The translations under genes were made by a program, and so were the position numbers. DNA of 64,000 nucleotides, taken from Gekko japonicus (lineage: Eukaryota). Position 1 is the stretch's first letter, and each line of letters begins with the position of its first letter. The stretch spans positions 765,697-829,696 of the forward strand of contig NW_015167060.1 of NCBI RefSeq assembly GCF_001447785.1, read 5' to 3'. Below, one piece after another: positions 59,147 through 64,000 of the stretch. The notes beneath the pieces are model-generated. The model did no database searches. It saw only the letters and a list, made by a program, of their open reading frames with translations, and was not told where the DNA came from.

Positions 59147-61026
59147 CTGCAGTATGAGAAGAACAGGCACAACTGAATGGGGGAAAGGTCACTTATTAGA
59201 ATCAAGTCACTGAAGTCTAGAAGTTGAAATGCTCTGCCTTAGCGAATATTAGATAAAAGAGTCCAGTCTACCAGCATCCGACTGCCAATATAAAATTACA
59301 CAATATTTATACAAAAAGCAGGAAATGTAATTTGGCGTTTACGTCAGTTTTATTCCGTTCCAAACACTGTGTTTCAACTTAGTTTTGCTTCAAGGTAATC
59401 ACTCGCCCAATTAATTTTTAACCCCATAATTTTCAAATGTATGTATTTTTGTCTGCAATTATCTATGTGTGTCTGCAATACAGGATGAAGCAGGATGAAG
59501 ACCAAAGCTACAAAGGGACTGGACTTGACAATATAGCAACGATCATCCTGTAAAACATAGCTCTGTTTTTCATCCCTTTCCTTTTTCACTATTCACTCTG
59601 TGAAAAGAGGGAATATGTTTGAAGCAATTTTCCTTCATAAGTAATGAGCACAAAATATCAAGAAAACACAAAAAGAAGTCAAAGCAGGGCAAATCTGAAG
59701 GGCTGTACAAACATAAACAGATAAACTAGAGGAGCATCTACTTACTTAGTCCTTTGTCCTCACTATATATGCACTCCATGAGGTGCTGCCTGCTTTCCCG
59801 CTAAGGCACCATTTTTTCTCTCTCAGCAGCAGTGCCAACAGTCCAGCTGTTATCCTTTGCCTGAATGCACAGTTGAGACATCATATTACTGACCTGCAGG
59901 ACGTCTAGTCAGGTTGAGGCAGTCGGCATGGTACACCTTGGGACAGCCTGGCCTCTTACAAGAAACCAGCTGTCCTCCATCCCCACAGCTGAAACACTCG
60001 TCCTCTCGCTCCTTCATGATTTCTGTCTGTGACTTGCGCTTCCCATGTCGTCTCTTGAACCTCTTGGACTTCTCTTCAGTAGCAGGTGGCTGATTCTAGA
60101 GGCAAAACAATTGCAGCGAACTATTTTCCAAAGGGAATACATTCCCTGTCCTCGCAATTATGTTTACCCTTGGATCCTGAGATTCTAAATACATTTTAAA
60201 ACAAAGGCAGTGGTATTCTATGCTACGGAACTGCTTATACTGTTGATTTAACAAATCAAGATTTGTTTTGTACCACACACACACACTGCAAATTTAACAC
60301 TGGCCCTGACTCTTGCTACAGGAAATCGTCCTCTCGCTCCTTCATGATTTCTGTCTGTGACTTGCGCTTCCCATGTCGTCTCTTGAACCTCTTGGACTTC
60401 TCTTCAGTAGCAGGTGGCTGATTCTAGAGGCAAAACAATTGCAGCGAACTATTTTCCAAAGGGAATACATTCCCTGTCCTCGCAATTATGTTTACCCTTG
60501 GATCCTGAGATTCTAAATACATTTTAAAACAAAAGGCAGTGGTATTCTATGCTACAGAACGGCTTATACTGTTGATTTAACAAATCGAGATTTGTTTTGT
60601 ACCACACACACACACACTGCAAATTTAACACTGGCCCTGACTCTTGCTACAGGAAAGTGGGCTTGCACAGTAAAGGCATTTAGCACAGATCTCTCTTACA
60701 ACTGCCACTTCCCACCTAGTATTTGCATTTTCAGTTGGTTTAAATGATGCAGAGAGGGCAGCAGCTTTAGCTTCACAGAGGTGTTACTTTTAGCACCAGG
60801 ACCAATCACACAATGACTCTAACCAGCATCCCGCAATGAGCAGCAGTCCTGTGAATTAAGGAAGAAATGAGGCCAATGCAATTTAAATAGGAAAGAAATC
60901 CAGAGATGGGCTGGTATACCTTTGGTCGCACTCCAAGGAAGCCACTGCAGTTTGGAGCACCACATTTGCAAACTGTCTTCCCATTCCCCAAACACTCCAG
61001 GTTGTAGTTGAAAGTCAGCTCAGTCC
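57300..61026 (-). CDS. NSD1: Histone-lysine N-methyltransferase NSD1, last three coding exons. complement(join(57300-59146,59894-60095,60920-61026)), 5'-partial
   Basis: SET end and post-[38 protein letters not shown]; PHD5-C5[33 protein letters not shown]...[11 protein letters not shown]...CTEHDPC; NSD1 tail motif [10 protein letters not shown]; synteny. Confidence 0.95.
58380..58865 (-). repeat. Coding tandem repeat, about 11.5 x 42 bp ([14 protein letters not shown]-like)
   Basis: Read directly from the NSD1 terminal exon translation. Confidence 0.9.
59894..60095 (-). CDS. NSD1: NSD1 penultimate exon
   Basis: [14 protein letters not shown]...EDECFSCG...LTRRPA G|gtcagt. Confidence 0.93.
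59998..60656. repeat. Tandem duplication (328/331 bp) covering the acceptor half of the NSD1 penultimate exon
   Basis: Copies 59998-60325 and 60326-60656; 3 substitutions, a 1-bp indel and one extra CA unit. Confidence 0.93.
60920..61026 (-). CDS. NSD1: NSD1 SET/post-SET exon
   Basis: [35 protein letters not shown]|gtatac. Confidence 0.94.
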
Positions 61027-61227
61027 CTGGTAAATCGGAGAAATCAATGACCCATCTAGAGTGTCACAGTCTTTTAAGCATAATGTTTAGTTCCTAGCAA
61101 TGGCATAAAAGATTAAGCCTAAGAAAACATACCTGAAAGTGTCGAGAATATTCTCCTCTTTCCAATTCTCCTCATGTTAGATGTGCATGTGCAACTGTCA
61201 AGTGCAACTGGCCCCAATAGTCCAAAA

Positions 61228-64000
61228 AGACAGGATTACACTAACCTGTAACTGCAGTTACTACACTGGTTACTGAGCATGTTCTGGCCTGCCACAGAGA
61301 GTTTGAAGCCCACAAACTCTAGAGGATGCTCCTTTCCCCCTCCTCCATGCTGCTTTCCCAGGGAAAGGAGGTGGTGGAGTGCTTTTCCTTCTGTTCCTTA
61401 CTGTCACTTTATTACAAGCATCAGAACTCACAGAGGGGCAGGAGGAAAGGATATGTGACTGCACAGGTGACCATTCGATGAACAACAGTTATAGGTAAGT
61501 ACACCCTTGTTTCCATCGTCATGGTACTTGTGCAGTCTGGGAAGGTGGGTGTGATCTCCTAGTTGAAAACTGATGGCAGTACCACCTTTCCTACTGCTGC
61601 TGTGTTCATGGCATCAGTGTCCATGGAGTAATGTTTGGCAAAACTGCAAAAGGATGACCAGGTCACTGCCTTGCATGCCCCTTTTAACGGCAAGGCCTCA
61701 CTGAGATGCTGCTGAGGTCAAGTGCACCCTGGTGGAGTGGGTGTGAAATTGAAGTGGGCAGTCAACTCACACAAGCTGGCAGCATAACCAGATACATGAG
61801 ATAATCCACCTAGAAATGGATTGTGCGGCGAGTCTGAGGCCTGACTGAGGGCCTGAGTAGGAGATAAACAGATTATTGTCCTTGCTGGAATTCCTGGTTC
61901 TGTAAGGCCCTGTGGACATCTAGAGTGTGAAGGGCATATGTTCAGTCTCATTCTTTGGTTGTAGAAGGAACACTAGTAGGTTGATGTACTGATTTAAATG
62001 AAATTCTGACACTATCTTGGGATGGAATTTGAGAGATGGCCATAGCACCCATCTGGAATTGAAAATTTTAAGGAATGGCGGGATCATAACAGAGTGCCTG
62101 GAGTTTACTGACTCTCCTGGCTGATATTGTGATTACCAAAAATATAGTTTCCATAGATAACAGCCTGAATGGGCAAGTGGTTTGCCCATCAGTGTAGTTA
62201 GCACCAGTGAAAGACTCCACTGTGGGACTGGGGGGAAACTGATTTAGTAGGTTCTTTAAGAACACTTCAGATTCCATTTGGGCAAAGACTGATTTCCCTG
62301 CAATGTGAGTGTGGAAGCAGGTTATGGCTGATAGGTATACTCTGACAGATGATGATGACATCTCTCCTTGGACTAGGTGTAGGAGATAGCCAAAGACTTG
62401 ACCTGGGTGACATGTCACTAGGTCGATTTTCTTCTGGCTGCCTCAAGATGAGAAACATTTCCATTTTGCAGAATATGAGTGCCATATAGATGGCTTAATA
62501 GGCTCTGAAAAGGTGTTGTCATGGAATGAATAAGCCACACTGTCAAATGCAGGCTGTGTATGTTTGTGTGCAGGATTTTTTGAAGATGATTGTGTGCAGG
62601 ATTTTTTGAAGATGATTAGTGGGAAGGAAATGGTACCTGCCTCATGACAACTTAAGCAGTGTATGGAACCACACTTGCCTCAGTCAAAACATATGCCTAT
62701 TACTAATGGCCACTGTATTTTCCACCCTCATTTTACATAATACCTGTGAGATTAGTGGGAATAGAGGAAAGGCATAGTACATGCCCCCTGCCCACATGAT
62801 ATGGAAGGCATCCCCCAATGAATGAGGATGCCAAACTGCTTGGGAACAGAAGGTACATTTCTTGTTTGTGTCAGTTGCAAACAGGTCTAAGCTGGGCATG
62901 CCCCACTGTTGGAATACCAGGAGGAGGAAGTGATAATTCAGTTCTCATTTGTGACATACTAGTGTGGTATAGCTGAGGAAGTCTTCTATGTGGCTGTTGC
63001 TTCTTCTATGTGCACCTCTTGGATCGGTGAGCTGTGAAGGATGCAACATTCCCATATCATGGATGCTAAGTGGCACAACATTGAAGAGGCTGAGCCTCCC
63101 TCTTTGTTTATATAAAACATTGATATTAGGTTGTTTGTTGCCACCTGGATGTACTTCCCCATTAGGTGAGACTGAAAGGCGGTTAATTTCTAAGGCATTT
63201 GTACGGAGTGATTTCTCACGAGTAGACCAAACAGAACTGAGAAGAATTCTGCATGAGTACCCCAACCTGACAGTGAAATGTCTGTGGTACGGGTGACTTC
63301 TGGTATAACAGGGTGAAACAGAACCCCTGACAAAAGGTTTTAAGGAAAAGTTCACTAGGACAGGGAAAGTATAATGTATCTTGGGGCATTTAACTTTCTG
63401 GACTGGGGATGATGAAAGATGTCATATATCCTTAAGGAACCACAATTGTAAGATGTGTGCATGTTGTCACTACGACTATGGTAGAGGCCATTAACCCCAG
63501 GTGCCTTTGGAAGAATATAGCCAGTTGGAGTCACAGGTAACTGCAAAGGAATACTCCAAGATGTATGGCTAGGATTCTGTTTGGGGGTGGGAAGGCTGTC
63601 GCCAGGGAGGAATCTAGTATTGCTTCTACCAAGGACACCCTGTGGGTAGGTTCTCATCTGGATTTTTTGAAGATGATTTGTAACCTGAGATCATCTAATA
63701 CCTTCAGAATTAGCTAGATGTCTGATGGCAATTTTACCTTGGATTCTGCAATGATCAGCCAATCGTGTAGGTAGGGGTAGATTTCACACCCTAACCTGTT
63801 CAGGTAAACTACCACCACTGCTACAACCTCTATGAACACTCCACGGGCTGTAGCTAGACCAAATTGTAGGATGGTCTACTGAGACTGCAGCACTAGAAGT
63901 GGAGATCTTTTTGGAATTCTGACCTGATCCTTACATGGAAATTGGTGCCTAATAAATCTAGGGTTACAAACCATATGCCCAGAGTGCCTCAATTTATTTA
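61228..64000 (-). mobile_element. Degenerate DIRS1-type tyrosine-recombinase retrotransposon in an NSD1 intron (continues beyond the window)
   Basis: RT LQFGLATARGVF...IYPYLHDWLII; LGLMAST; methyltransferase-like PSLDLFATDTNKKC...YAFPLFPLI; YR FLVITISARRVSKLQAL, HSTR, CKAVTWSSFCSFAKHY; inverted repeats at 61230-61537; many frameshifts. Confidence 0.88.

Noticed and set aside
62565-62616. 26-bp tandem repeat, partly echoed at 63660
   Set aside because: Small local duplication within the decayed DIRS element; no array or spacer structure.

Overview
Vertebrate genomic DNA, probably a squamate and most likely a gecko, judging from Squam3-like SINEs, 5S/Sauria-type SINEs, BovB, Penelope and DIRS content. 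The window is syntenic with human 5q35.3. Gene order: a ZFYVE28/LST2-like FYVE gene (+, 12 coding exons seen, first coding exon not found), MXD3 (+), PRELID1 (-), RAB24 (+, sharing a CpG-island bidirectional promoter with PRELID1), and the last three coding exons plus long 3' UTR of NSD1 (-). All exons were traced by hand with GT-AG boundaries and consistent phases. Most interesting: (1) the ZFYVE28-like gene next to MXD3 looks like a compact whole-genome-duplication paralogue of ZFYVE28, which sits next to MXD4, and has no known counterpart at the human locus; (2) a homogeneous 14-aa repeat array in the NSD1 tail; (3) three near-identical local duplications, probably concatenated haplotypes, one showing filled and empty alleles of a Helitron-like insertion; (4) minimal hammerhead-ribozyme motifs in Penelope-derived palindromic repeats; (5) an AG|GT dual splice site and a uORF in the RAB24 leader. 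Comparisons to human proteins are from memory, not from a search.
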